A stretch of 64,000 nucleotides of DNA from Panacagrimonas sp. (GTDB lineage: Bacteria; Pseudomonadota; Gammaproteobacteria; Nevskiales; Nevskiaceae). The stretch lies in assembly GCF_965216805.1 (NCBI RefSeq), contig NZ_CBDCGN010000003.1, forward strand, positions 953,841 to 1,017,840, written 5' to 3'. Numbering within the stretch: position 1 is the first letter of the stretch; every line of letters starts with the position of its first letter. This document shows, piece after piece, positions 1 to 9,920 of the stretch. A program made the translations under genes and the position numbers. Under the pieces are notes generated by a model. The model saw only the letters and a list, made by a program, of their open reading frames with translations, had not been told where the DNA came from and ran no database searches.

Positions 1-2
1 CC

Positions 3-221
3 AAGGACGTGCGCCAGCGCTTTCAGCAGGAGCATCACAACTGCCGCATGGCGGAAATCTTTCTGGAGGACGTCGGCAACCTGGAGCGTCAGCAGCGTGC
101 GATGGAGTCCGGCGGCAAGACCGAGATCCTGCTGCAGGACGGCGAGTTCCTGTTGCGGCATTCCATCGAGACGATCCAGAAGTGGGTGGCAGCGCCGACC
201 GTGCGCGAAGCACTGACCTGA
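3..221 (+). CDS. C-terminal fragment of a probable Rieske ring-hydroxylating oxygenase alpha subunit (5' end outside window)
   Basis: The frame is open from the window edge. IFLEDVGNLERQQRAMES...LQDGEFLLRH resembles the EDxxxxExxQxG...ExxxRH C-terminal pattern of Rieske alpha subunits. It lies directly upstream of another Rieske gene. Confidence 0.55.
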   Translation, partial: KDVRQRFQQEHHNCRMAEIFLEDVGNLERQQRAMESGGKTEILLQDGEFLLRHSIETIQKWVAAPTVREALT

Positions 222-266
222 GCCGGCGATGAGCGCACCCATCCGCGCATCACGAGAGCAAACGCC

Positions 267-1379
267 ATGAGCAAGACGCCTTATCTGCGCAACGCCTGGT
301 ACGTGGCCGCATGGTCGAATGAAGTCACCCGCGATCTGCTCGAACGCACCGTGCTCGAACAACCCATCGTGCTCTATCGCAAGGAAAGCGGCGAGGCAGC
401 CGCCATCGGCAACGCCTGCGCGCACCGCTTTGCGCCGCTGCACATGGGCAAGCTGGTCGGCGACACGGTGCAGTGTCCCTACCACGGCCTGCGTTTCGAC
501 GGTAGCGGCCAGTGCGTTCTGAATCCGCATGGCGACGGCATGATCCCGCCGCGTATGGCGGTGCCAAGCCGGCCGCTGGTGGAGAAGCACAAGCTGATCT
601 GGCTGTGGTTCGGCGATGCCGAAAAGGCCGATCCTGCGACGATCCCCGACTTCAGTTGCCATGAAGATCCGGAGCTGGCCTTTGTCGGCGGCGTCATCGA
701 GATGAAGGCGCACTACGAGCTGATCACCGACAACCTGCTCGACCTTGCGCACTCGGAGTTCGTGCACGAGGGCCTGCTCTCCAGCGCCGGCTACACCGCG
801 AGCAAGCTGCAGACCATCGAACAGGGCACCACCATCTACGCCAATCGCTGGGCGCCCAACTGCGACGCCATGCCGGCGTTCCACATGATCTTCGAAGGCC
901 ACGAGCTCGGCGCGCCGGTCGACCACTGGGCGTACATGCGCTGGGATGCGCCCGCGCACATGCTGCTCGACGTGGGCATCACCCATCCCGGCCATCCGCG
1001 CACGCAGGGCGCATGGATCTACGGCACCGACATCCTCACGCCGAAGGATGCGACCAGCACGTATTACTTCTGGGGCATCACGCGCGGCTACAAGCAGGAC
1101 GATCCCGCCGCCGGCGAACTGTGGCGCCAGGTGATCAAGGGCGCGTTCGAAGGTCAGGATCAGATCGTCATCGAAGGCCAGCAGCGCATGCTCGGCAGCC
1201 GCAGTTTCGAAGAGGCCGACCCGGTGATGTTTGCGTCCGACGTGGCCGCGCAGCGCGCGCGCAAGCTGCTGGCGCGGCTGGTCAGCGACAACCTTGAACC
1301 GCGGCCGCAGAACGCGGCGCTGGGCGAGCTGCGTCATCGCGTGGCCGATACCTGCAACCCGATTCTGCCCATCGTATGA
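267..1379 (+). CDS. Rieske non-heme iron oxygenase, VanA/DdmC (O-demethylase)-like
   Basis: NAWYVAAWS N-terminus, Rieske ligands CAHR...CPYHG, and mononuclear-iron motif DNLLDLAHSEFVH. Confidence 0.9.
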   Translation: MSKTPYLRNAWYVAAWSNEVTRDLLERTVLEQPIVLYRKESGEAAAIGNACAHRFAPLHMGKLVGDTVQCPYHGLRFDGSGQCVLNPHGDGMIPPRMAVPSRPLVEKHKLIWLWFGDAEKADPATIPDFSCHEDPELAFVGGVIEMKAHYELITDNLLDLAHSEFVHEGLLSSAGYTASKLQTIEQGTTIYANRWAPNCDAMPAFHMIFEGHELGAPVDHWAYMRWDAPAHMLLDVGITHPGHPRTQGAWIYGTDILTPKDATSTYYFWGITRGYKQDDPAAGELWRQVIKGAFEGQDQIVIEGQQRMLGSRSFEEADPVMFASDVAAQRARKLLARLVSDNLEPRPQNAALGELRHRVADTCNPILPIV

Positions 1380-1612
1380 GCGGCGCCTGATCGCGCTGGG
1401 CCACCGCACACGACATCGACACCCCAACTGTGATGCCTACACATGCGAATACTTGAACCCATAGCCGCGGCCGGCCAGACGCTGCGCAAACGCATCGGAG
1501 TCACGCCGTCCGCGCCGGAGTTCAGCGCCGGCAGGCGCGACGAGGATTTCAGCCCCTGTCACGCCGGTCTCGAACCCCCGACACCGCGCGACCTGCCAGG
1601 ACGACCGCGCTG

Positions 1613-3457
1613 ATGTCCGCATTGCTCGAACACGATGTGCTCGTCGTCGGTGCCGGCGGCTGCGGCCTCAATCTGTCGATCTTCCTGGCCGACCTGGGTG
1701 TCGATTTCCTCACCGTGGAGCGCAACACGGCGCTCGCCAATCTGCCCAAGGCGCATTACCTCAACCAGCGCAGCATGGAGATTCTGCGCCAGCATGGCGT
1801 GGCCGAAGACATCTATGCGCTGGGCACACCGCCGCACAACATGTCGCGGGCGATGTGGCTGACCACGCTCGGCGGCGATGGTCCGCATGATCGCAAGGTG
1901 ATCTACGAGATGGACGGTATCGGCGGCACCGGCGATTCCCAGCGCGCGATCTACGACCGCGACAGCGCCTGCCGCAGTGCCAATCTGCCGCTGATCCGTT
2001 CGGAGCCGATCTTCCGGCGTCACGTCGAACAGCGCGCGCCGGGCCGCCTGCGCTTCGGCACCGAACTGATCCACTTCGAGCAGGACGCCGACGGCGTGAC
2101 GGCGACCCTCCGTGATGTGCAGTCGGGCGACCAGCGCCAGGTCCGCGCGCGGTACTTGATCGGCGCCGACGGTGGCCGCACGCTCGGTAAGGCGCTGGGC
2201 AACCCGATGGTCGGGCCCTCGGGTCTGGCGAAGAACGTCACTGTGCATTTCAGCGCCGACCTGTCCAAGGTGCTGCTCGATGATCGGGTGATGCTGCATT
2301 TCTTCATACACCCCACGCGGCGCGGCCCCTTGGCCAGCGGTGCACTGGTTCCCGCCGGCGGCGACGACGCGCGTTGGGGCCGGCACAGTCGGGAGTGGAT
2401 CTTCCATTTCATGGTGGCGCCGGACGATCCTTCGCACTTCGACGAGGCGATGGTCACGCAGCAGATTCGCGAACTGCTCAAGCTGCCGGACCTGGGCATA
2501 TCCGTGCACCGGATCAGCCACTGGATGATCGAGGCGGTGCTGGCCCGGAAATATCAGTTCGGTCGCGTGCTGCTGGCCGGCGACGCGGTGCATCGGCATC
2601 CGCCGGCATCGGGGCTGGGCCTCAACACCGGCATTCAGGACGCGCACAACCTGGCGTGGAAGCTGGCCCTGGTCACCCGTGGTCACGCAGCTTCGAGCTT
2701 GCTGGAAAGCTACGAGCTGGAGCGTCGGCCGGTCGGCTCGTTCAACGTGGCCTGGGCGCTGTCGAGTTACTGGAATCATCTGCTCAGCGCCGCGTCGATC
2801 TTTGCGATCCATCCGGCCAATGTCTACGAAGCGGTGGGTCAGCCGGACGAAGACAACGAGATCTCCGGGCTGTTCGCCGACACCCCGGACGGCCGCATGC
2901 GACGTGCGCGGATGCAGGAAGTCTTCAGTACCCATCGCGTCGAGATGTTTGATCACGACGTCGAACTCGGCTTCGTCTACGAGCAAGGCGCGCTGATTCC
3001 GGACGGCACGCCGACACCGTCACGCGACCCCTGGGGCTCGAACTATTTCCCGACCACGCGGCCCGGGCATCGCTTGCCGCACGCCTGGCTGGAGGCGGAT
3101 GGCCGTCGCCGTTCTACGCACGACCTGATCGGCAACAGCGCGGATTTCGTGCTTGTCACCGGCGTCCGGGGCCAGGCCTGGTGCGATGCCGCCGCCAGGC
3201 TCAAGCGCGATCTGGACTGCGGCCTGCGCGTCGTACGCATCGCGCCGGACGGCGATGCGGTAGATACCGATCACGCCTGGAACGCGCTCAAAGGGGTGGC
3301 CGATGACGGCGCCATTCTGGTCCGCCCCGACGCGATGGTGGCGTGGCGCTCACCCGGCATCAGCGGCGATCCACTGGCGACGCTGCAACAGGTTTTCGCC
3401 CGGCTGCTCGGCCGGAGTCCCTTACATTGCTCGGTAAACCCACATGCAAACGCTTGA
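1613..3457 (+). CDS. FAD-dependent aromatic monooxygenase (TfdB/phenol hydroxylase-like)
   Basis: GAGGCG dinucleotide motif, ADGG (DG fingerprint), LAGDAVHRHPPASGLGLNTGIQDAHNLAWKL (GD fingerprint), and RPGHRLPH / ILVRPD C-terminal thioredoxin-like domain. Confidence 0.9.
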   Translation: MSALLEHDVLVVGAGGCGLNLSIFLADLGVDFLTVERNTALANLPKAHYLNQRSMEILRQHGVAEDIYALGTPPHNMSRAMWLTTLGGDGPHDRKVIYEMDGIGGTGDSQRAIYDRDSACRSANLPLIRSEPIFRRHVEQRAPGRLRFGTELIHFEQDADGVTATLRDVQSGDQRQVRARYLIGADGGRTLGKALGNPMVGPSGLAKNVTVHFSADLSKVLLDDRVMLHFFIHPTRRGPLASGALVPAGGDDARWGRHSREWIFHFMVAPDDPSHFDEAMVTQQIRELLKLPDLGISVHRISHWMIEAVLARKYQFGRVLLAGDAVHRHPPASGLGLNTGIQDAHNLAWKLALVTRGHAASSLLESYELERRPVGSFNVAWALSSYWNHLLSAASIFAIHPANVYEAVGQPDEDNEISGLFADTPDGRMRRARMQEVFSTHRVEMFDHDVELGFVYEQGALIPDGTPTPSRDPWGSNYFPTTRPGHRLPHAWLEADGRRRSTHDLIGNSADFVLVTGVRGQAWCDAAARLKRDLDCGLRVVRIAPDGDAVDTDHAWNALKGVADDGAILVRPDAMVAWRSPGISGDPLATLQQVFARLLGRSPLHCSVNPHANA

Positions 3458-5198
3458 AATCCCGGTTCTGATCTGCGGTGGCGGTGGCTCCGGCCTGTCG
3501 CTGTCGATCTTCCTGTCGGCGCTGGGCGTGCAGTCCATGCTGGTGGAGCGACACCACACCACCTCGCATCTGCCCAAGGCGCACTACCTCAACCAGCGCA
3601 GCATGGAGATCCTGCGCGAGCACGGCATCGCCGACACCATCTACGCCCAAGGCACACCATTCGAGAACATGGGTTGCGTGGCGTGGATGACCTCGCTGGG
3701 CGGCGACGGCCCGGTCGACGGCAAGACGCTCTACAAGATGGACGCCTTCGGCGGCGGCAGGCTGCAGGCGGCGTACGAGGCCGACAGTCCCACCCGTTCC
3801 GGCAATCTGCCGCTGATCCGGCTGGAGCCGGTGCTGCGCGAGTTCGCCGAGAAGCAACCGCTGGCGACCGTGCGCTTCAGCCACGAGCTGCTGCGCTACG
3901 AACAGGACGCCAGTGGCGTGACCTCGGTGGTGAAGAACCTGGACAGCGGCGAGGAGTTCACCGTGCGCTCGCAGGTGTTGATTGGCTCCGATCGCCATCG
4001 CACGGTGGGTCCGCCGCTGGGCATCGAACTGCAAGGGCCCACCAACATGGTGGACATGGTGGCCACCCACCTGAGCGCAGATTTTTCGAAGTACATCGAC
4101 GACGACTCGCCGCTGATCCGCTGGTTCAGCAATCCGGCCAGCGGCGCCTGGGGCAGCGGCGCCATGGTGGCGATGGGGCCGACGCACTTCGACCGCCGCT
4201 CCGAAGAATGGGTGTTTCATTTTGCGTTCCAGCCCGGCGATCCCAACTTCAACGAGGACGACATCGCGCCGCGCATCAAGCAATTGCTGAAGACGCCGGA
4301 CGTCGACATCAAGGTACACAAGGTCAGCCACTGGATCGTCGAATGCGTGCTGGCCAATCACTACGGCCGTGATCGCGTGTGGGTGATCGGCGATGCCGCG
4401 CACCGGCATCCGCCCACCACCGGCCTGGGTCTCAATTCCGGCATCCAGGACGCGCACAACCTGGCCTGGAAGATCGCCGCGGTGGTCAACGAGCAGGCCG
4501 GCCTGGACCTGCTCAAGACCTACGAGGCCGAGCGCCGTCCGGTGGCCGAGCGCAACACCAAGTGGGCGCTGTTCACCTTCATGAATCACTTCATCATCGA
4601 ACCTGGCTTCGGCATGATTCCGGGCGCGCCGGCCGAAGCCAATCTCGCCGCCTTCATGACCCTGCTGGCCGAAGGCTGGGAAGGCGACACCGCGCGTGCG
4701 CGCATGCACGAGGTGCTCAACACGCAGCGCACCGAATTCCAGGCGCACGACATCGAGATCGGCTTTTCCTATGCGAGCGCGGCCATCGTCGCCGACGGCA
4801 CTCCGGCACCGCCGCGCGCGGCGATGGGCGATGTGCATGTGCCGAGCACGCGGCCGGGGCATCGCCTGCCGCACGCCTGGGTCCGCCACGACGCCCGGCG
4901 CGTGTCCACTCATGATCTGTGCGGCCGCGGCCGTTTCGTGCTGATCACCGGCGCGAACCACGCGCAGTGGCAGGACGCCGCGGCGCAGGCAGCGCAACGG
5001 CACGGCGTCCGCGTCGAGGTGATCGCGCTCGACGCCGCGGCCGACCTCGACGGACGTTGGGCGCAGGTGCGCCAGATCGGCGACGACGGCGCCATCCTGG
5101 TGCGTCCGGACGTGCATGTGGGCTGGCGCAGCCCAGGCGCAGTTTCCGATCCGGCGAGCGTGCTGAGCGCCGCCCTGGCTGCAATTCTGGCCAAGTAA
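3444..5198 (+). CDS. FAD-dependent aromatic monooxygenase, tandem paralog of 1613..3457
   Basis: GGGGSG, GDAAHRHPPTTGLGLNSGIQDAHNLAWK, RPGHRLPH and ILVRPD motifs. It overlaps the upstream gene by 14 bp. Confidence 0.9.
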   Translation: MQTLEIPVLICGGGGSGLSLSIFLSALGVQSMLVERHHTTSHLPKAHYLNQRSMEILREHGIADTIYAQGTPFENMGCVAWMTSLGGDGPVDGKTLYKMDAFGGGRLQAAYEADSPTRSGNLPLIRLEPVLREFAEKQPLATVRFSHELLRYEQDASGVTSVVKNLDSGEEFTVRSQVLIGSDRHRTVGPPLGIELQGPTNMVDMVATHLSADFSKYIDDDSPLIRWFSNPASGAWGSGAMVAMGPTHFDRRSEEWVFHFAFQPGDPNFNEDDIAPRIKQLLKTPDVDIKVHKVSHWIVECVLANHYGRDRVWVIGDAAHRHPPTTGLGLNSGIQDAHNLAWKIAAVVNEQAGLDLLKTYEAERRPVAERNTKWALFTFMNHFIIEPGFGMIPGAPAEANLAAFMTLLAEGWEGDTARARMHEVLNTQRTEFQAHDIEIGFSYASAAIVADGTPAPPRAAMGDVHVPSTRPGHRLPHAWVRHDARRVSTHDLCGRGRFVLITGANHAQWQDAAAQAAQRHGVRVEVIALDAAADLDGRWAQVRQIGDDGAILVRPDVHVGWRSPGAVSDPASVLSAALAAILAK

Positions 5199-5255
5199 CT
5201 CCGGCCGGCTGCGGCGACTCGGCAGCAGCCCTACACGAGAAACAGCGCGCCAACC

Positions 5256-5353
5256 GCAGGGCGGCCCGTGGCCGCCGGGGTGGGACGGAGCACTACCGTC
5301 CGACAGCCCGCGCTCCATCGATAAGTCTGACGGCGGGCACGGCCCACCTCTGC
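5256..5353. repeat. REP-like inverted pair of small palindromes
   Basis: gcagggcggcccgtggccgcc (5256-5276) and the reverse complement of 5332-5353 (gcagaggtgggccgtgcccgcc) are near-identical. The left unit is a perfect 7-bp hairpin. The pair is intergenic. Confidence 0.45.
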
Positions 5354-5452
5354 CTGCTTGCTTGCGCGCCGCGGCGGTCGCCCCGGCGGCCGGCGGCCGT
5401 TATGCTCGGAGGCCACGAAGTCTTGTTCCGAACCAGCGCACAGGAGAACCCC

Positions 5453-6019
5453 ATGCTGCTCGTTGCCGGTGTGTTGTTGTGGTCCCTGGCCCACCTGTCG
5501 ATCGCGCTGACGCCGCAGGTGCGCGCCCGACTGGTAGCCGGCCTCGGCTTGGTGCCCTACAAACTGGCGTTCTCGCTGGTGCTGGTGCTCGCGCTGGTCA
5601 TGATCGTGGCAGGCTGGCGCGACGCGGGGGTGTCCTCGTTATGGGTGCCGCCAGCGGGTATGCGCCATCTGACCTTGCTCCTGGTGCCGATCGCGGTGGT
5701 TCTGTTTCTCAGTGCCCGCATGCCAACCGACATCAAGCAGCTCATCCGTCACCCCCAGTTGACCGGGGTCAAGCTGTGGGCGGTTGCGCACCTGCTGGCC
5801 AATGGCGAGGTGCGTTCGATCATCCTGTTTGGCGGCCTGCTGGCCTGGGCGGTGGCGGAAGTGATCGTGATCAACCGTCGCGAGGGCGCGCGGCGCAAGC
5901 CGCCACGCGTGGGGATGCTCAAGAGCCTGCTGAGCGCAGCCGCGGGCCTGGTGGTTGCGGCGCTGCTCCTGTTTGCGCATCCCTGGATCGCCGGCATTCC
6001 GGTGATGACGCACGGCTGA
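5453..6019 (+). CDS. nnrU: NnrU family membrane protein
   Basis: AGGAG RBS at 5442-5446 before ATG 5453. Hydrophobic protein with HL, IRHPQLTGVKLWAVAHLLANG and FGGLLAWA motifs typical of NnrU. Confidence 0.8.
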   Translation: MLLVAGVLLWSLAHLSIALTPQVRARLVAGLGLVPYKLAFSLVLVLALVMIVAGWRDAGVSSLWVPPAGMRHLTLLLVPIAVVLFLSARMPTDIKQLIRHPQLTGVKLWAVAHLLANGEVRSIILFGGLLAWAVAEVIVINRREGARRKPPRVGMLKSLLSAAAGLVVAALLLFAHPWIAGIPVMTHG

Positions 6020-6119
6020 GCGCGTCGATGAGATCGGTAGCGGCTGGGTCGTCGGCCGCCGCGATGGTATCTTCCACAACCTACCGATGCCTTTGGCTCA
6101 TGAGTTAGGAGATTTTTCG

Positions 6120-6434
6120 ATGTCTGCGTCCGTCTGGCGGTTTGCCTGCTCTGCTGTTCTCGCCCTCGGCCTGGTGACGGCTGCCGGTTGCGCTTCCAAC
6201 GAAGTGATCGATGCCAGCAGCACCGAGTCCATCATCGCGGGCGTCGACAAGGGCGACGAGGTACGTATCAAGACGCGTAAAGATGCGGTGCATACCTTTG
6301 TCGTGACCAAGATCACCAACAAGGCGCTTTACGGCGATAACGCGCGCGTGGTCTACGAAGACATGGCCGAAGTCGAAGTGGTCGGCGAAGGTGGCGAGAA
6401 GAAAGAAGGCGGGTTCTTCAGTCGCCTGTTCTGA
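6120..6434 (+). CDS. small lipoprotein of unknown function
   Basis: AGGAG RBS at 6107-6111, signal peptide ending in AAGC (lipobox-like), and a beta-rich mature part. Confidence 0.7.
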   Translation: MSASVWRFACSAVLALGLVTAAGCASNEVIDASSTESIIAGVDKGDEVRIKTRKDAVHTFVVTKITNKALYGDNARVVYEDMAEVEVVGEGGEKKEGGFFSRLF

Positions 6435-6474
6435 GTCTGTGGCCGGCGCATTGCGTGCGCCGGGCCGCTGAACT

Positions 6475-7422
6475 TCACGCCAGGCTGCTGGCGAAACCGT
6501 CGGTTGCCGCCATCAGTCGCTGCAGGATGCCCGCTTCGCTGGCCGCATGGCCGGCGTCGGCGACGACCGAGAACTCCGCTTCGGGCCACGCGCGGTGCAA
6601 CTCCCAGGCGGATTTCAGCGGGCACACCACGTCATAGCGGCCGTGCACGATCACTGCCGGTATGTGGCGGATGCGATGGACATTCTCGATCAGCCAGCCG
6701 TCGGATTCGAAGAAGCCGCGGTTGACGAAGTAATGGCATTCGATGCGGGCAAAGGCCTCGGCAAACCGTGCTTCGCCGAAGCGCAACAGCAAATCCGGAG
6801 CCGGCCGCAGCTTGCTGGTGGAACCCTCCCAGATGCTCCATGCACGCGCCGCCTGCAGCCGGATCGCGGCATCGGGGCCGGTCAGGCGCCGGTGGTAGGC
6901 GGCCAGCAGATCGCCGCGTTCGGCCGCGGGAATCGGCTCCAGGAAATGCTCCCAGGCGTCGGGGAACAGCCAGCTCGCACCCTCCTGATAGAACCAGTCC
7001 ACTTCCTGTTTGCGCAGTAAGAAAATGCCTCGCAATACCAGGGCACGGGCACGCTCGGGATGTGTCTGCGCATAGGCCAGCGCCAGGGTCGAACCCCAGG
7101 AGCCGCCGAACAACAGCCACGACGCCACCCCCAGGTGTTCGCGGACCCGCTCGATGTCCGCCACCAGATCCCAGGTGGTATTGCCGCGCAGTTCGGCGTG
7201 CGGAGTCGAGCGGCCGCAGCCGCGCTGGTCGAACAGCACGATGCGATATCGCGCGGGGTCGAAGAACTGGCGGTGCCAGGGTTCCACGCCTCCGCCCGGA
7301 CCGCCGTGGATGTACAGGGCAGGGATGCCCTCGGGATTGCCGCATTCCTCGATGTAAAGCTCGTGCAGGGTGTCGACGCGCAGGCGATGCGTGCGGTAGG
7401 GCTCGGTATGGGGGTAGGGCAT
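6475..7422 (-). CDS. pip: proline iminopeptidase
   Basis: HGGPGGG, FDQRGCGRSTP, FGGSWGSTL nucleophile elbow, GRYDVVCP and AGH motifs. Confidence 0.95.
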   Translation of the reverse strand: MPYPHTEPYRTHRLRVDTLHELYIEECGNPEGIPALYIHGGPGGGVEPWHRQFFDPARYRIVLFDQRGCGRSTPHAELRGNTTWDLVADIERVREHLGVASWLLFGGSWGSTLALAYAQTHPERARALVLRGIFLLRKQEVDWFYQEGASWLFPDAWEHFLEPIPAAERGDLLAAYHRRLTGPDAAIRLQAARAWSIWEGSTSKLRPAPDLLLRFGEARFAEAFARIECHYFVNRGFFESDGWLIENVHRIRHIPAVIVHGRYDVVCPLKSAWELHRAWPEAEFSVVADAGHAASEAGILQRLMAATDGFASSLA

Positions 7423-7594
7423 TGCCGGCGGTTGAGGTCAGACGTGTCGGCATGGTGCCGCATGCGTTCGCCGACTGACCAATTTTCCGTCGCCGGTCGT
7501 CGCGTATTGCGTTGAAGGCGAGTGGCGTGCGCGCTAGCATCGAAGCTCGCGGCAGTCGCAGCGGTGAGCCGCATTCTCGAGCCGCAATCCGGAG

Positions 7595-9304
7595 TTGACG
7601 ATGGGGTGGGAATTGCAACGACGTGGCGTTCGGGTGTGGGTGTCGTTGATGGGCTGGAGCCTCGCATCGGCGGTGCAGGCGACCAGCGGCGCTGGCGGCG
7701 CGTCTCCAGCGCCGGTTCCCGTTGCCGCGACGGCAACCCCCTGGAGCAGCAAACTCGACGGCGTCGACGACCAGCACCTGTTTCCGCGCTACTCGCTGCT
7801 CGAACCCAATGTGAAGTTCTGGACGCGCGTGTTCGGCGAGTACTCCGAACATCAGAGCGTGATCCACTCGATGACGCATCTGGATCTGGTGTTCGAGGTG
7901 CTGGATTTTCGCGGCCAGGCCACGCACATGGACCCGGCGTCGCTGCGCAAGCTGAAGAACGCCGAGGAGACCGAAGCCAGGGCAGCAGTACGCAAGCAGC
8001 TGAAGGCGATTCACGCCAAGCGGCATGCGCCTGAGACGCTGAGTGGCGAGCAGCGGCGCATCTACCGGATGTTCGACCGTCTGAAAGCCGACGACGACCG
8101 GTTCCTGAAGGCGGCGGACGATCTGCGCGCGCAGCGCGGCTTGCGCGAGCGCACCTATCAGGCACTGGAAATATCCGGCAAGTACCTGCCGGCGATGGAA
8201 GATGTGTTCACTTCCTACGAACTGCCGCTACGGCTCACCCGATTGCCGCTGGTGGAGTCCAGCTTCAACGTGGAGGCCTACTCCAAGGTCGGCGCGGCCG
8301 GCTTGTGGCAGTTCATACCGTCGTCCGCGCGCATCTACATGCGCTTGGACGAAGTGGTGGACGACCGCCGCGATCCCTGGACCAGCACCGATGCGGCCGC
8401 GCGCCACCTGCGCGACGACTACGCCATGCTCGGCAGTTGGCCGCTGGCGCTGACCGCCTACAACCACGGACGCGGCGGCGTTGCGCGCGGCCTGCGCGAG
8501 ACCGGTGGCACCGAGTTGCCCGATCTGGTGCGCCATTACACCAACCGGCGTTTCGGCTTCGCGTCGCGCAACTTCTACGCAGAGTTCCTCGCCGCGGCCG
8601 ATGTCGAGCGCAACTGGAAGGCACACTTCGGTGAAGTTCAGCGCCGCGCTCCGCTGGAATTCGAGGTGGTCGAAACCCGCCACTACGTGCCATACGAGAC
8701 ACTCAAGCGCCTGTGCGACGCTGACGACGAGCTGTTCCGCAAGCTCAACCCCGCCTACCGCCCGGAAGTCATGGATGGTCGTCTGTACGTGCCACCCGGA
8801 CATCTGATCCGGGTGCCGGCGGGATCGGCCAAGAATTTCGAGGTCGCCTACGCGTCGCTGGGCGCTCACGAGCGTTTCGAAACTCAGCGCATGTACTACA
8901 CGCTGCATAAGGTCCGGCGCGGCGACACCCTGTCCGGGCTGGCCAGCCGTTACGGCGTGACGCAGAGCGCCATCGCCGGGGCGAGCGGCTTGAAGTCGAG
9001 ATCGCTGCTGCGGATCGGCCAGGTGCTAAAGGTTCCACCCAAGCTGGAGCGGCGCCCCGGCCCGGTCACCGTCGCCATGGGCGAAAGCAAGCCCGGTCTG
9101 ACGCGCACCGAGCAGGCGGCGTCCAAGGCGCGCGTGCCTGCGCCCAAGTTCCGCACGCATCGGATCCGCTCCGGCCAGACCCTGACCTCGATCGCGCGGC
9201 GCTACAACGTCACCATCGCCGAACTGCGGCGCGCCAACGGCATGGGCGGATCGAGCCGGATTCGGGCCGGTGAAAAGCTCAGAGTACCGGCGGGCAGCGG
9301 TTGA
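7595..9304 (+). CDS. MltD-like lytic transglycosylase with C-terminal LysM domains
   Basis: SLT motifs LVESSFN, AAGLWQF and LALTAYNHG. Two clear LysM repeats (VRRGDTLSGLASRYGV; IRSGQTLTSIARRYNV). The start codon is uncertain. Confidence 0.9.
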   Translation: MTMGWELQRRGVRVWVSLMGWSLASAVQATSGAGGASPAPVPVAATATPWSSKLDGVDDQHLFPRYSLLEPNVKFWTRVFGEYSEHQSVIHSMTHLDLVFEVLDFRGQATHMDPASLRKLKNAEETEARAAVRKQLKAIHAKRHAPETLSGEQRRIYRMFDRLKADDDRFLKAADDLRAQRGLRERTYQALEISGKYLPAMEDVFTSYELPLRLTRLPLVESSFNVEAYSKVGAAGLWQFIPSSARIYMRLDEVVDDRRDPWTSTDAAARHLRDDYAMLGSWPLALTAYNHGRGGVARGLRETGGTELPDLVRHYTNRRFGFASRNFYAEFLAAADVERNWKAHFGEVQRRAPLEFEVVETRHYVPYETLKRLCDADDELFRKLNPAYRPEVMDGRLYVPPGHLIRVPAGSAKNFEVAYASLGAHERFETQRMYYTLHKVRRGDTLSGLASRYGVTQSAIAGASGLKSRSLLRIGQVLKVPPKLERRPGPVTVAMGESKPGLTRTEQAASKARVPAPKFRTHRIRSGQTLTSIARRYNVTIAELRRANGMGGSSRIRAGEKLRVPAGSG

Positions 9305-9317
9305 CCTCGGTGCGGCG

Positions 9318-9806
9318 TCAGATGAAATAGTCGAAGACGAAGATGCCCACCATGATCAGCGCGATGACCAGTTTGGCTACGATGCCTAGCATCAAGCCGA
9401 TCCAGGCGCCGATGCCCGAGGTGGTGGCCTGAGCGATCGGGCGCCGCGCCTTGAGCTCGCCGGCGACCGCACCGATGAACGGGCCCAGCAACAGTCCCGG
9501 CAGCCCGAAGAACATGCCGACAATGGTCCCGACCGTTGCCCCTGCCACTGCCTGAGGGCTGGCGCCCAGTTTGCGGGCGCCCAGGCTGCCGGCGATGAAA
9601 TCCAGCACCAGCCCCGCCGCCAGCAGTGCGCCCAACACACCCAGGGTGAAACCGCCGACGCGGTCGTAATCGCCGACGAACGCCAGCGTCCACAAGCCGC
9701 CGAACACAAACGGCAGACCCGGCAAGGCAGGCAACAGCGCGCCGGCCAGACCCACCAGCACCATGGCAAAGCCCAGCACGATCATCAGCGGTTCGGTCCA
9801 TTCCAT
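9318..9806 (-). CDS. DUF456 family membrane protein
   Basis: LLPALPG...GARKLGAS...GLLLGPFIGAVAGEL pattern. It is the 3' part of the long ORF 9318..11195, with ATG at 9806 (or 9812). Confidence 0.85.
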   Translation of the reverse strand: MEWTEPLMIVLGFAMVLVGLAGALLPALPGLPFVFGGLWTLAFVGDYDRVGGFTLGVLGALLAAGLVLDFIAGSLGARKLGASPQAVAGATVGTIVGMFFGLPGLLLGPFIGAVAGELKARRPIAQATTSGIGAWIGLMLGIVAKLVIALIMVGIFVFDYFI

Positions 9807-9920
9807 CGGCATATTGTGGTCGATGGCACGGACGGCGGCGCTGAACGGAATTGCCGGAGGCGCTTGGCGTGCGGCGCGGCGGTCATGAAGCCGCTCCCGG
9901 GCATCGCATACACTGGCGGG

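Noticed and set aside
1231-1464. 77-aa ORF ending CDAYTCEYLNP, considered as a possible peptide precursor
   Set aside because: It mostly overlaps the Rieske gene out of frame, has no RBS, and has no neighbouring modification enzymes.
1559-5318. Long minus-strand ORFs 1559..2986 and 3360..5318
   Set aside because: They are antisense shadows of the two monooxygenases. They have no motifs and are expected from high-GC codon bias.
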